From Zygnema circumcarinatum SAG 698-1b (taxonomy: Eukaryota; Plantae; Zygnematophyceae), in the NCBI GenBank assembly GCA_037447605.1, contig CM074809.1, forward strand, positions 2,346,689 through 2,410,688: a stretch of DNA of 64,000 nt, in the 5' to 3' direction. Within the stretch, counting starts at the first letter, position 1. Every line of letters begins with the position of its first letter. Both the position numbers and the translations under genes were made by a program. Below the pieces are notes generated by a model. That model worked only from the letters and a program-made list of their open reading frames with translations, was not told where the DNA came from and did no database searches. Positions 1-14,927 of this stretch are shown piece after piece.

Positions 1-432
1 TCAGTTCAACTGAGCCGGTTCCTCATGATTGTGGAGATTGCGTAGCCATGCTGTGTATAGGTGATGTCAGCATCATCATTGTCCGTGGGTCTGTGTATGT
101 TGTTGGCTGTTCTGAAACGACTGACATGCAGGGATTGGAGCCGTTTTTCGTTCTAAGAGGATTGATTTCATTTCTTTTCGCCGTCGCTGGAGTCAAATTT
201 TCTTTTTGTGACTTTCTAATCCATGCTGATCATGAACGCATGTTATTCACCTTGTTAGTGGTTGATGTTTTTTATTTGTGTGAGATCAACTCAGCTCGGC
301 AGTCCCCCCACCCTCCCCCCCCCCCCCGGGTTGTAGGCTTGTCATCTTCGGGTTTAAGCAGGTGCTTAGACTGAAATATGGAAAAGCCCTGATGCTATTG
401 TCTGTTGCCTCAAAATGCTGCTTGTTCTGCAG

Positions 433-496
433 CCGATCACCACCTCGAAGGTATCGCAGTCGATCCCCGGAGTATCATCCCTACCGCCGATCATAA
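433..496 (+). CDS. Probable terminal exon of an RS-rich (SR-like) protein whose upstream exons lie mostly outside the window
   Basis: Pyrimidine tract plus CAG acceptor at 421-432, then a frame reading RSPPRRYRSRSPEYHPYRRS* (TAA 494-496). Short, and no upstream exon was assigned. Confidence 0.4.
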
Positions 497-1732
497 GCAC
501 GCTGGTGCTGTACGCTCGCTTTACTGTTTGTTTTTAAAAGCAGGGGCTTGAAAAATGGTGAGAACTTGGTGATTAGCTTAGGCATCAGATGGCAAACTCT
601 TTCACTACAGCCATTGTGTAGATTGTATGCAACACACTATGACAGTGGGATGCAGCAAGGAGACATGGAACACGGTGCAGACTGGAATACCGTATGGGCG
701 TGGATGACAGAATAGCCAGTAGACACGATTGTGTGCGAATGAAGTGCCTGTACATGGTTAGTTGTGTGCTGAACTTACAATGATGATGTATTGACACTCA
801 CTTTTTCAAATATTTGTCATATAATCTGGCAATCACGGGGTCCCTTCTATGGATTACACCATTCCGTTGTCGCCGATAAAGCCAAAATAAATTCCCCTTA
901 GAGACGCTGAAGTGGTGCATATTCACAAGCAAAAGTGCCTACTCACTTGTCACCATGGCCTACCGCTCGGCCAAAGAGCACACCAATATCTAGGTATTGG
1001 TGAGTGCAACAATCGTTGCTTTACCCGCCTGCCTGCTCGCCGTCTGCGTGCATTCGATCGTAAGGCGTCTGTCGCTCTTATTTGTAACAAGGATGAAAGT
1101 TTCAGTCCTGTTGAGTGTGTATTGCCGAGAAAGCAAGGCGAACGAGTATGATTGTTTATGGAAAAGGTAATCAGGTATCTGAAAGGCTCAACAAATCAAT
1201 TAAGCTTAAAAAAAAATCATTTTCGCTTACTAAAATAAAGTTTTGTAACATGCACATAAAAAAATAAAAAAACTTGATAGATGAAACCACTTGAAGGATG
1301 TGCTGGTCCATTTCCCTTCAGTAAGAGATTGTCCGTGGTGGAATTGACCCAAACATTGACCTTGCAACCGAGTAGTCGCCCTCTTGCCTCCACCACAATG
1401 GCGCGTCTCCGACCGCATGTACCGTACGGTAGGCCATTTTTAAAGAAGCCGCTCGGACACGCATTCCTTGACTACCACATACCGCTCGTTTCAGTCAAGG
1501 TCTTCTCCAACACTCGCTTGTTTCCTGAGGGCAGAACAGGAGGAATCAAGGATTTTCTGCTGCTCATCTTCTGCGCTCTATCGCTGTTTCTAGGACGTTC
1601 AAAACCAGTCCAGTGTTTGCTTTGAAACACTGACGCAGTCTCTCCTTGTACCATACAGACAGTGCTTGACAGACGTGAACTCTTGCTGTCATCAAGCCGG
1701 CAGGGCGGCGTCTCTGAGTCGAGGAGCATCAC

Positions 1733-4700
1733 ATGGCTAGCCCTGCAGAGTATGTGCACACGTGAAGTTCCTGCCAGCATGCGTGACTATATGCTCCATT
1801 AGACACAGATAAACACAGACAAGCACGTAGTCATCAGCACACGCGATCAGTAAATCTTAAAGCAATTCAGCTCAGATAGTAGAATCATCCATAACAAAGC
1901 ATTTTATCCGTGGAAGGTGGTTAAATGCCACTTCAATGTCAAGCGCGTCTTCACCCCCATTTCGCTTTTGCTTGCTGAATGAATGTAACTGTTGGGGGAT
2001 CACTCCATTGATTCAAAGAAACCATAGCTAAGAAAATGACGAAACTGTTTTTAACCCTAGAGCTTCTCTATTTAGTTTGGAAACTAGTTTCTGCTACCGC
2101 CTCTGGTCACATTTTTCTAATTCAATGATGCCATGTAACCAACATTAGAGAAGGAGCGAGCACATTATGTAAGCTACCAGGGAGAAGCCACTGCGGTGCA
2201 TAACAGGGGCACAGAACGAGTTGGAATCAGACTTTGGTCAGTCCTGTTCAATGTTGAAGTTTATGTCACCTTGACACTTCTGACATGAATAACTTAGGCA
2301 GAATGCAGATCATGTGGGTTTAATAAGACGAGCGTTTTGCATAGTCATCTACAGTAATCCCTTTGACCGGGAAGAGGCAGATATCAACTTGGACTTAAGG
2401 ATTTCTTGACTTTTTCAATCATCCCTCATTTTTCAAGCGGCGAAGTGTAATGGACCTCTGCTTCTATTGCACGCATATGAAAAGCGTAAATTAGGTCATT
2501 AATCTATTAAGGAAGCCATTATGAAAACAACTTTCTTTGTTTTGGCATGTAAGTGGACAGCAGTTGATACTGCCGTTTTAATCCTCAAGGAGTAGGAAGC
2601 CCATGTGCAAGTGGGCTTTTTCAAAAGAATAGATCTGTCAACAATAGTTATTTATGTTGTGGTCGACTTAAATGCAACCCACCCTGTGGTTTACGGGAGC
2701 CATCGAAAGCCTCTGGACGAAGGACTAGCGAAAGCATTTATTTTAACTAAAAAATAAAGTGTTCAATTAGTTACGTTAAGCTAGGTCTGGTTATCGTAGC
2801 CCACGGCGAATGTTTCTAAAGGTATTTGATTTCTAAGATTCGCATGAAAACCGTCCGCAAAGAGAGTGACGTTTTTGTTATACAGCTTATGGAGTACAGC
2901 TGTTTTACTGAATTACCATAGTGAAGCATGATCGCTCGATTGGACAAAATGCCAACATGACAGAAGCACATCCAATCACCTTACAGGTGTTGCCTCACTT
3001 TTATTGATCAGTCTGCACTAATCTGAGGACACACTGAAATTTCTAGCATTGGTTCGCCAGTGGGTGACGGAAAACTTTTGAAGAAGAGTGGCACTGCTGG
3101 ATCTACTTATGCATTCATGCAAAAGCCATACTTTCATACGTTAACTGTTCTGTCCCTGGAATTCTTGAGCTTGTGTTGCAGCTGGTATAACTCTCTGCCA
3201 CCAGTAACAAAAACATGGGCTACCGCCTGCTTCGCCCTTGGAGGAGGGGCCACTATCAATTTGATCAGTCCTAAGTTGCTTTACATCAGTTATGACCTTC
3301 TTTTCAAAAAGTTTCAGGTGGGTAAGGGTCAAACTCGAGTTGACTTCTTCATCCATCTATTGCTTACTTTCAGGATGACAAGAGTTAACGCAAAAGCATA
3401 GCCACGGGGCCAGCCTTCGTGCATATATCAACCTTTGAATGGGCTTCGTTGTAACTGCTTTCAAACTGCGTCCTCCTGCAGATCTGGCGACCACTAACGT
3501 GCTGCTTATTTCTCGGAGGATTCGGCCTCAAGTTCGTGTCAAGATTGCTGCTTCTGTGAGTAGACGCTCTACCAACTGAGCTACATCCCCTAATTTTAGA
3601 ATGGCAATGAAAGGATTTTGCGTCTGAGTGATGGCATAAAACAAATTTTGCAGTTTGCTGGGTGCTTCGCAATGTCAAATTTTCAATTGTCTGCACTTCC
3701 CAGTGTGTGTGCATTCAATAGAGGGGAAATCTTCCAGGAGCAAGGAGCTTCAGTTATTCGGTTCAAGATAAGGAACAGCCGGCTTAGGCTGAACCTACCT
3801 TTATGGATTCGTTTATTTGTCGCTGCAGATTACGGCATGGGGTGCAGCTTGAGTCCAACACCTATCAAGGCCGAACGGCGGACTTCCTTTACATGCTAAT
3901 ATTTGGCATTGGATCAATGTTGGTAGGCTGAAGACCTTGAGGCACCAAAAAAAAAAGAGAGCTTTGGTTTGGCTTTGTATTCAAATCTTACACAAGTGAA
4001 GCAATGGAGAGCAAACGAGACAATGTCAGCTTCTCTGATCTGTGCTAACTGGGCTTGACCCGTCACCACGTTCATAATCATTCTGGTCTTCTTTTGCAGA
4101 CTGTCAACTTCATTTATCCGATGTTCAGCTTCCTTGCTGATCCGTTAGTGTACATGACAGTTTATGTATGGTCGCGGGAATTTCCAAATTCGGTGGTCAA
4201 CCTCATGGGACTCGTTTCTCTTCAGGTCCTTGCTCCTTGCACTCATTCCCCTCACTATCCCCAAAATCAACCGAGTCGAAGCACAGTCAAGCTCTTCCTG
4301 AGCACGAAGTGCTGCCAAATGTGTAGCAAGTTTCTTTTTGTCCCTGGTCAGCATAATATGAGTATAGCTGTGGAGATAACGGAATGAGATGTGCTTGGGG
4401 CTACCTGTTGACTGCTATTTTCTTCGCCCTGTTTTCTTTTCAGGCCTTCTACCTTCCCTGGGCCTATTTGGCCCTTGACATGGTGTTTGGTCTAAGTCCG
4501 TTTGATGCCCTCGTGGGTATTCTGGTCGGCCATCTTTACTACTTTCTCACCACCATCTATCCGCGACAAAGCGGCCGCAACCTCCTCAAGACCCCGCTAT
4601 GGGTGTATCCTCTCCCACTTCTCTGCCTGTCCCTCTCTCGCCCTTTCCTCTCGCTTGCTATCCATCATAGGAAAACGTAGATGAACTACGGAGATTGTGC

Positions 4701-5083
4701 ACACTCCAATCAACTCCTACTCAAACTGGTATTGAACACCAGTTTCAAAAGCCTTCGTTCTTTATAACTGAAGCTTTACGTCTCTTTCTAATGAACATAT
4801 CTTATAAGTACAGCCCATGTTTTATTAAGTTGAAGTCGGTCTTATTTAACTGTAGTTTAACTGATGTCTATTTGGATGCCCAACTGTTTCGCCCACTCCT
4901 TGACCTCTGCCTCTCAGTCACCAGCTGCTCCAACGCTGCGGCATCGCGTCTGCTCCCACTGTCTCCTTCTCTGCAGCCCCTTCTTTTGGCCCCCGAGCTG
5001 CCCCTGCAGCAGCTCCGACTGCTGCAGCCCCCTCACGGAGTTCTGCATTTCAAGGCAGAGCTTACCGGTTGGACCGAGATTGA
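1733..5083 (+). CDS. DER1: Derlin-1 (ERAD rhomboid-like pseudoprotease), 7 coding exons
   Basis: Phase-consistent GT-AG exons 1733-1749, 3182-3317, 3482-3555, 3829-3922, 4100-4225, 4444-4604, 4918-5083. They give MASPADWYNSLPPVTK...IWRP...GRTADFLYML...YVWSREFPN...AFYLPW...GHLYYFL...SAFQGRAYRLDRD*, the Derlin signature plus a C-terminal SHP box (FxGxxxRL). Confidence 0.95.
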
Positions 5084-5792
5084 GGTTTTTCACTCATGGT
5101 TGTATTGGCAGGCCCGCAGGCAGCTATCCGATGGCCCCTATGTGTCAGAAAACGGCGAGTTTGGCTTGATTTTAGGGATGAAATTTCAAAGTCTGGGAGT
5201 GATTCGAACTGGTCTAATAGAGAGAGCGGTTGTCCATAATGTGAACCATTGAAAGATTAGCTATTCGGCAGCAGAGCGTCGTGAGGAAAGTGGTTCCTGT
5301 TATTCGGTGATAATCAGATGCCGTCATCATTTGCTTGTAAAGGCTAAACCTCGGAGCCAAATCAATGTGCAAGACCTTGTGCTGAAATTCTTTTGATGTC
5401 GACAGCTTCTATGAAATTGGGTTTTGAATTGTTTAAAAACCTAATAGCACTTCGCAGCGCAACATACATCGCCATGCCACCGTTTCTTTTATTTCTTTTG
5501 AGGGAGAGCCTGTGAAGGAAAAAGGAAGGAAGGAAGGGGCAACAAAGCCCATGTTCGAACCAGGGCATGCCTATGCGAGCAGCAATGTTTTCAACACCAT
5601 GCACGCACCTCACGATGGTGTTGGTCAGCTCGCACTGTTCCAAAAGCAGCATTGCAACGACGGACAGGCTGCAAAGACGAAACGAAGGACGAGCGAGAGA
5701 GAGAGGGAGAGAGAGAGGAAAAGGGAAAATTCACTTAAGGAGAAAAGGAGGATGACGAGGAAATCACCAAAATCAATGAAAAAGGGAAAATT

Positions 5793-5890
5793 GGGTACGA
5801 CACCAAGACTTCCCGGGAGGTCGCCCATCCCAGTACTTTGCCGGCCCACTGGCCCTTAAAGTGTTCTGCACACAGGGATCCGGCGTACCG
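5793..5890 (-). pseudogene. 5S rRNA-derived sequence with an internal 5' deletion (orphan pseudogene or head of a 5S-derived element)
   Basis: Minus strand reads GGTACG-CCGGATCCC...TTAAGGGCCAGTGGGCCGGCAAAGTACTGGGATGGGCGACCTCCCGGGAAGTCTTGGTGTCGTACCC, followed by T-runs. This matches the recalled plant 5S sequence around the A/C boxes and 3' end. About 20 nt of the 5' domain are missing. Confidence 0.75.
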
Positions 5891-6083
5891 TATTAAACCT
5901 CAGTAAAAATTAGCAATGCCGCTAGTGTAAAATTTTGTGCATTTGGTTGTATCGCCATTGTGAGATCAATCCCCCTCCCCCCCCCCAATTCTCGTAAATA
6001 AATTAGCACGATTGCAACAGACAGACTATCTATGGAGTATGGAGGGAGAACTAATAACTCCTTAGGCAGCGCCTAGCGTGGCC

Positions 6084-9962
<3,879 letters not shown>

Positions 9963-11497
9963 GTGACCGAACAGCGCTGAGACATGATGCATCGTCTGCG
10001 CTCGGTTTTCTCGTGGCTGACTGAGGTAGCTCAGGCGTGGCATCACCATGTGCTTTTCATTGGCCCCTACTAAGGAGATTTGATGTGTGCAAACGATCCA
10101 TCCGTTATTTTGTGAAATGTACTGAAGGCATTGCTCTGCCTTGATCTTGAAGTGTGAAATCACGATGCCAGCGGAGCATTTTCAGGAACAACGTGCTGCT
10201 TTTTTCACGTTGTCAGATGTGAGCAAGCACGGACACATGCCACGGATACATGGACAGACCCACAGCCAGCAAGGAGTCTCCAGTGTCAAGCTGTCTTTCT
10301 TACAGACATGAATGGCGCGGGAGTGGGGCAAATCTGTCTACGATACTGCTTGAGCTAATCACAAAGCTTTAATAAATATTAATCAAGCGACCGTATTGCT
10401 CTAGAATGATCTTCAATATGTATCTATTGGAAGTGCCTCCAACAGAAATTGTGTCTGGATGCAGTTCCATGCCTCATATCTCAAGTGCCTCAGTATCTCA
10501 AGCAATGCAGAGTACACCACACAGCTAAAGACTGGCATCGTGATCACCTCAATTCGGCAAGATAAGGTTAACAGACAGATTGACGGACAGATTGCATGCC
10601 CACTTACCTACCGCCTAACCACTCATCTAAATGGAGTTCTGAAGAGTGTATGAGAAGATCTCTACCACGCGTTCTACTTCGAATTTCAAGGCAAAAGTTT
10701 TCGAAATCCTTCCATAATGTTTACATCCAAGCACGAAGTCAGATTTCCCGAAACCGCCAAAAGCCTCCCGGCATCTACCAACTCGTCAGTCATTGTTTGG
10801 TCAAAAAACCCCGACAAATTAACCAACCAAATTACCGCCAAAACCATCAACGGAAGAGGAAACACAACAAACTTTGGATGCAACAGCGTCTGCCTAAATC
10901 GAACAGCAGATGAGCTAAGCAAAACCATTCAGAGGCAACAACATTTTCTGATTTTCAATCAGAAAATACAGAGTTGCAGGAATAAAGTGGTTTATTAAAG
11001 TTGGCAGCGAGAGCGGCACACTCTCCACCACCACCGTCTTTAAAAATAATTAAGGTTTCCAAGGCACCAGTTCCACATACGTAAGCCTGTGGGGACCTAC
11101 ACAGAAGTGGCAAGCCTACTTATCATACCAAAAGCCTAAAAGCAAAAAGGTTTAAGAGGGCGATTGCTCTGTTTACAACTCATCCCTCGAGCCCTTAACA
11201 GAATCGATAACCTTCAACCCAGTAACGAAAACATCTCAAAACTCCAACACACCGATACTAATCTCCATCATATCGCTAAAACGACTCTGGAGGGGACGCT
11301 GGAGCAACAGATTACGCGATAACCACAAAGAAAGTGCTCCCACACTAACCTGCCTATATAAGGAGAACAAAATTCCTCCGATGCAAGGTTCTGGCCAAAA
11401 GCAAAATAAATGTTTAACCGTATTCCACACAATCCGCCTCTACACATGCTTTACACCAACCAACTCTGTTCCTACTCCCAGTCTGCCCTCTCTCCCT

Positions 11498-12712
11498 CTA
11501 TGACGGAAGCATGGACATGGGGTCGTCCGCCTTGTCTCTTGCAATGATCACGCACTGCTTGGTCCTGGTATTGAAGTTGCGCTGAATCAAATAGCGGGCG
11601 TTGTTGTATCCCACCAAGTTGTAAGTCGCATACTTGGTAGTAAAACCCACGTACCCGAAATCCCATGCACACAAGTCACCGTTCTCGAGTCCGGCGCCCT
11701 TCACAGTCCATCCGGGGGGGGACTTCTTCGACTCCGCAGGGTTGGTAGCGATCTTAGTCAGAGCGTTGGCCAGCCAGTTGACCACAGCATCTGCTCCCAA
11801 GTCGTTGGCCGGATTGTAGTAGGGGTCAAAATACCTGTAGCTGCAGGCCTGAGGGCATTGCGAGGCAGGATTTCCTACAAACCCGTAGGCGATTGTCATC
11901 TTGCTCTTACGGAAAGAGGAGTGGTAGTTGCAGATTGAGGAACAGAAGTCCCTCACGTAGACCTCCTCGGACGTCAGAACAATATAGGCGGAACGCTGGG
12001 TAGGAGGAGCGAGCTTGGGGAGATTGTTGATAACGATATCTCTGATGATCTTCGTGGTCAGAGGCTTGTTCTTTGTACCGCGTGGTTTCGCGGATCCAGT
12101 GTCCACAATGGCGGATTTCAGCTTCACCTTATCCGTGATGGGCCTCATGTTGGTGTCATAATAATAAGAGACGGTTGTGTTCCACCAGTTCGCGACAGTG
12201 CGGAGGTTGACGTTGTTGACCCGCGTGGGAGGGTCCAAGGACACCACAAAGTTCTTAATGACGGCCATCTGCGCAGGAGTCCACTTCATGCCGTAGAATA
12301 TCAGGGAGACCTCCATGGCTGCTCCCTTCTTCTTGGAGAAAACCTTCCCCTTGTAGTACTTGAGCTGCAAGGCGGCGGCGCTCGCGAGAAGACTCTGCGA
12401 AGCCCCATCGTTTTTGCCCGGCAGAAGGCTGGAGGGGTCGTCGGAGGCGCTGAGCAAGGTCTGCGCAGCGCTTGCATTCTGGCTCTGCATGGCGTTAGCC
12501 AGCAGCCTCGCCTGACTGCCGACCGTCTGCGCGGTGGAGCCGAACGCGAAAATGCCCGCCTCCTCCGTGTCGTTGCTGGAGAAGGAGCCCGCGTTCTTGT
12601 TATCGACTTCGACGGCCGTCAGATCATAGCCATTGCTCTTCAGCACGATGCTTCCCTGGCAGGCCAGCAGCGCAGCGCTGACGAGCACCAGCAGCAAGGC
12701 GATCCGTGCCAT
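11498..12712 (-). CDS. EXORDIUM / phosphate-induced protein 1 (Phi-1) family secreted protein, intronless, ~404 aa
   Basis: Signal peptide MARIALLLVLVSAALLACQG. Family motifs LKYYKG...LIFYG.KW, TVANWWNT, YIVLTS..V, FC...C.YH, YGFVGNP...CP..C, DLGAD, ATNP, ENGDLCAW.FG and YLIQRN. ATG at 12712 is preferred over the ORF-track start at 12787 because the signal peptide begins there. Confidence 0.9.
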   Translation of the reverse strand: MARIALLLVLVSAALLACQGSIVLKSNGYDLTAVEVDNKNAGSFSSNDTEEAGIFAFGSTAQTVGSQARLLANAMQSQNASAAQTLLSASDDPSSLLPGKNDGASQSLLASAAALQLKYYKGKVFSKKKGAAMEVSLIFYGMKWTPAQMAVIKNFVVSLDPPTRVNNVNLRTVANWWNTTVSYYYDTNMRPITDKVKLKSAIVDTGSAKPRGTKNKPLTTKIIRDIVINNLPKLAPPTQRSAYIVLTSEEVYVRDFCSSICNYHSSFRKSKMTIAYGFVGNPASQCPQACSYRYFDPYYNPANDLGADAVVNWLANALTKIATNPAESKKSPPGWTVKGAGLENGDLCAWDFGYVGFTTKYATYNLVGYNNARYLIQRNFNTRTKQCVIIARDKADDPMSMLPS

Positions 12713-12789
12713 GGCTGCCTCGCTCCCCTGTGCCCTTCTGTCCCTCCCTCTACCGCGCCTGTGCTTCTTCCTCTCCCTCCTATCCACCT

Positions 12790-14460
12790 ACCCCTCCCTC
12801 TCCCTCTCTCCCTCCCTCCGGCGGCGGGTGCGGCGCTCTCTCCCTCCCTCACTGGGCGGCGTTGGTCCGATCGCTGGATCGTTCGGTCGGTCTTGTCAGA
12901 GCGCGCGCGGGCCTAAATGCGGCGCCCGCCCGCCCTCCGCGCCGCCCTGCGCGCCACCCTGCCACGTGGCTCGATCGCACCGGCGGGGGCCGCTGGGGCC
13001 GCTCCCCCCGCAATCCCCGCCGTGCGGCGCGCAGCGCGAAGCGGCCCCGCCAGGTGGCGCGCCCACGTGCCCGCGCTCTCGTACGGCGCCACGTCACGCC
13101 CGCCCGGGCCGCCCCGCGCCGGGCGGGGGCGGTTGCGTGATCGCACGTGCGGGAGCGCGCGCGCACTGGCGGGCGCAGCTGGCGGCCCTTCCCGGGGAAC
13201 GCGCCGCGGGGCGGAGATTTCCCGCTCAGATCCTCACCGGGGCGCCGGCACATACGGACCAATGGGAGCGCGCCACAACGGACGTGGCGGCGTGCGGTTG
13301 GCCGTACCGTTCCGGTTACCCTCCTGGAAATCCCGGGTCCGTACGGCGGCGAAGGGCGGCCCATCGCCAGGCTGTCGTGGCAAATCGCGAGAAGTCCGCG
13401 CCAGCCAAGCGCGGGCGGCCACGTGGCGCCGGGCAAGGGCGGGGGGCGCCATCAATGCGGGAGCGACTTCCGCCCGGCCGCCCGAGCCCGCACGTGCGGG
13501 GCCGCCGGTGGGCAGGGCGGGGGCAGTCACGGCCCCCGCGCGGCCCCGGCCAATGGATGGCGGCCAGCCGGCGGCGGCGGAGCCCTTGGATCGTGAAGCG
13601 ATGGATCGGGGGCGTCCGTCCGTCCGTCCTTGTCCGTCCGTCCGTACGCACGGAGGGAAGGCGTCCGGACGGCGGAGTGGTGTCTCTTCAGGGGGGAGGG
13701 CGGCGGCGCGCGGGGAGGAGCGGGCGGATCAGATCGATCGGACGGACGGATGGGAGCCGCCGGAGCGGCCAGGTGACGCGGACCTCGCGGCGGCTTTGGC
13801 GGGGCGCGGGACGCAGCAGCTGGCGGCGCGTGGCGCCCAGTTCCATTGAGGGGCAGCCGGGAGGGAGCAGGCCGGCCCATGATGGGGCCATGGCCCCATG
13901 GGCATGGGCGCGACCCATGGCGGGTGGGCATGCATGCATGCCGCCATGATGGCGGGGGCGGCATGGGTCGCCCCCGGCCAGCAGACGCGCGTGAATGCCG
14001 CGGCGGCGAACCTCGTCGCTACCATCGGAGGCAAGTTGGACACGTGGCCGCGTGTCGCGGCGTCATGGGCTGTACGGATACCGCAAGCGGCTCCAGGCTG
14101 ACCGGCGTGTGGTCGGGTGACTGGGCCGTATGGCCGTACGGCGGCGTCCTGGCGCGCGCAGCCCTGGAGGGCCTGGAACTGGACCGGGCATGGCAAGGCG
14201 CCTTACCGTACCGTACGGAGTGCGCGCGAATCTGGCGGCGCGTGTGCTGGCGGCGGTGGGCGCGGGCCGCTGGCGCGGACGGATCGGGAGTCAGGCGAGG
14301 CGGGATTCGGGAGGGGGGGTGGGCAGCCTGTCAGGGAGGGAGGGAGGGAGGGAGGGAGGGAGGGAGGGAGGGGGGAGAGGGAGGGCCCATACGCGCATTT
14401 CGCCAGCCTCTCGCTGGGCGGGACGTTGCGCCCACGACGGCGAGGAGAAGAGAATGTGCC
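12790..14460. promoter_or_regulatory. Very GC-rich island upstream of the EXORDIUM-like gene with clustered G-box (CACGTG), CCGTAC and RY (CATGCATG) motifs
   Basis: CACGTG near 12963, 13066, 13144, 13420, 13492, 14041. CCGTAC near 13302, 13339, 13641, 14133, 14207. GCATGCATGCATGC near 13928. Regulatory function is inferred only. Confidence 0.45.
14334..14369 (+). repeat. (GGGA)9 tract, G-quadruplex-capable
   Basis: Nine perfect GGGA units followed by a G-run. Confidence 0.9.
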
Positions 14461-14927
14461 CTCCGCGAGGCGTGGCGAGCTAGTGGGCTCGTGCACATCA
14501 GCATGATGAAGATGGGCAGTCACAGCATGCAGTAGCCATGCAGCCAGAGAACAGCCAACAACTCAATCATGTTCCACTTCGCCGACATTCATTGATGGAC
14601 CAGTTCGACTTCGCCATTGCAAAGTGAACCGAGGCGAACATGCCCGCATGGAGGACAGCCATGCCCTGCGCTTCACAATGCTGCGATAGAACGGTCGTTG
14701 CCCACTTTTCTAGAGGCTCAACAAGGCTTTGGCTGCACCCCACATGCCTCCCGTACCAATACTCATTGGCCCTACATTCACAAAACCCCACACGTTGGCT
14801 ATGGAATCAATCATGTATGGAATTCTATGCTATGGAACTTACAAAGGGTAAAACAGCGGGACAAGGGGTGTGCGCCACCCTATTCACAAAGCCCACCACC
14901 GCCCATTCATTGTCTTCCTCACTTCTC

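Noticed and set aside
954-992. Short ORF MAYRSAKEHTNI* as a Derlin uORF
   Set aside because: No evidence that it lies on the Derlin transcript; too short to support.
5548-5561. tRNA T-loop-like GGTTCGAA on the minus strand
   Set aside because: No acceptor, D or anticodon stems could be folded around it.
5793-5912. Functional 5S rRNA gene
   Set aside because: Lacks ~20 nt of the 5' domain, the central segment is diverged, and it is not in a tandem array.
12713-12787. ORF-track N-terminal extension MDRRERKKHRRG... of the EXORDIUM-like protein
   Set aside because: GA-rich leader typical of a 5' UTR; the signal peptide begins at the ATG at 12712.
12633-14535. Many long overlapping ORFs on both strands (up to 438 aa)
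   Set aside because: Arg/Gly/Pro/Ala-rich, open in all frames and without motifs; expected from stop-codon scarcity in very GC-rich DNA.
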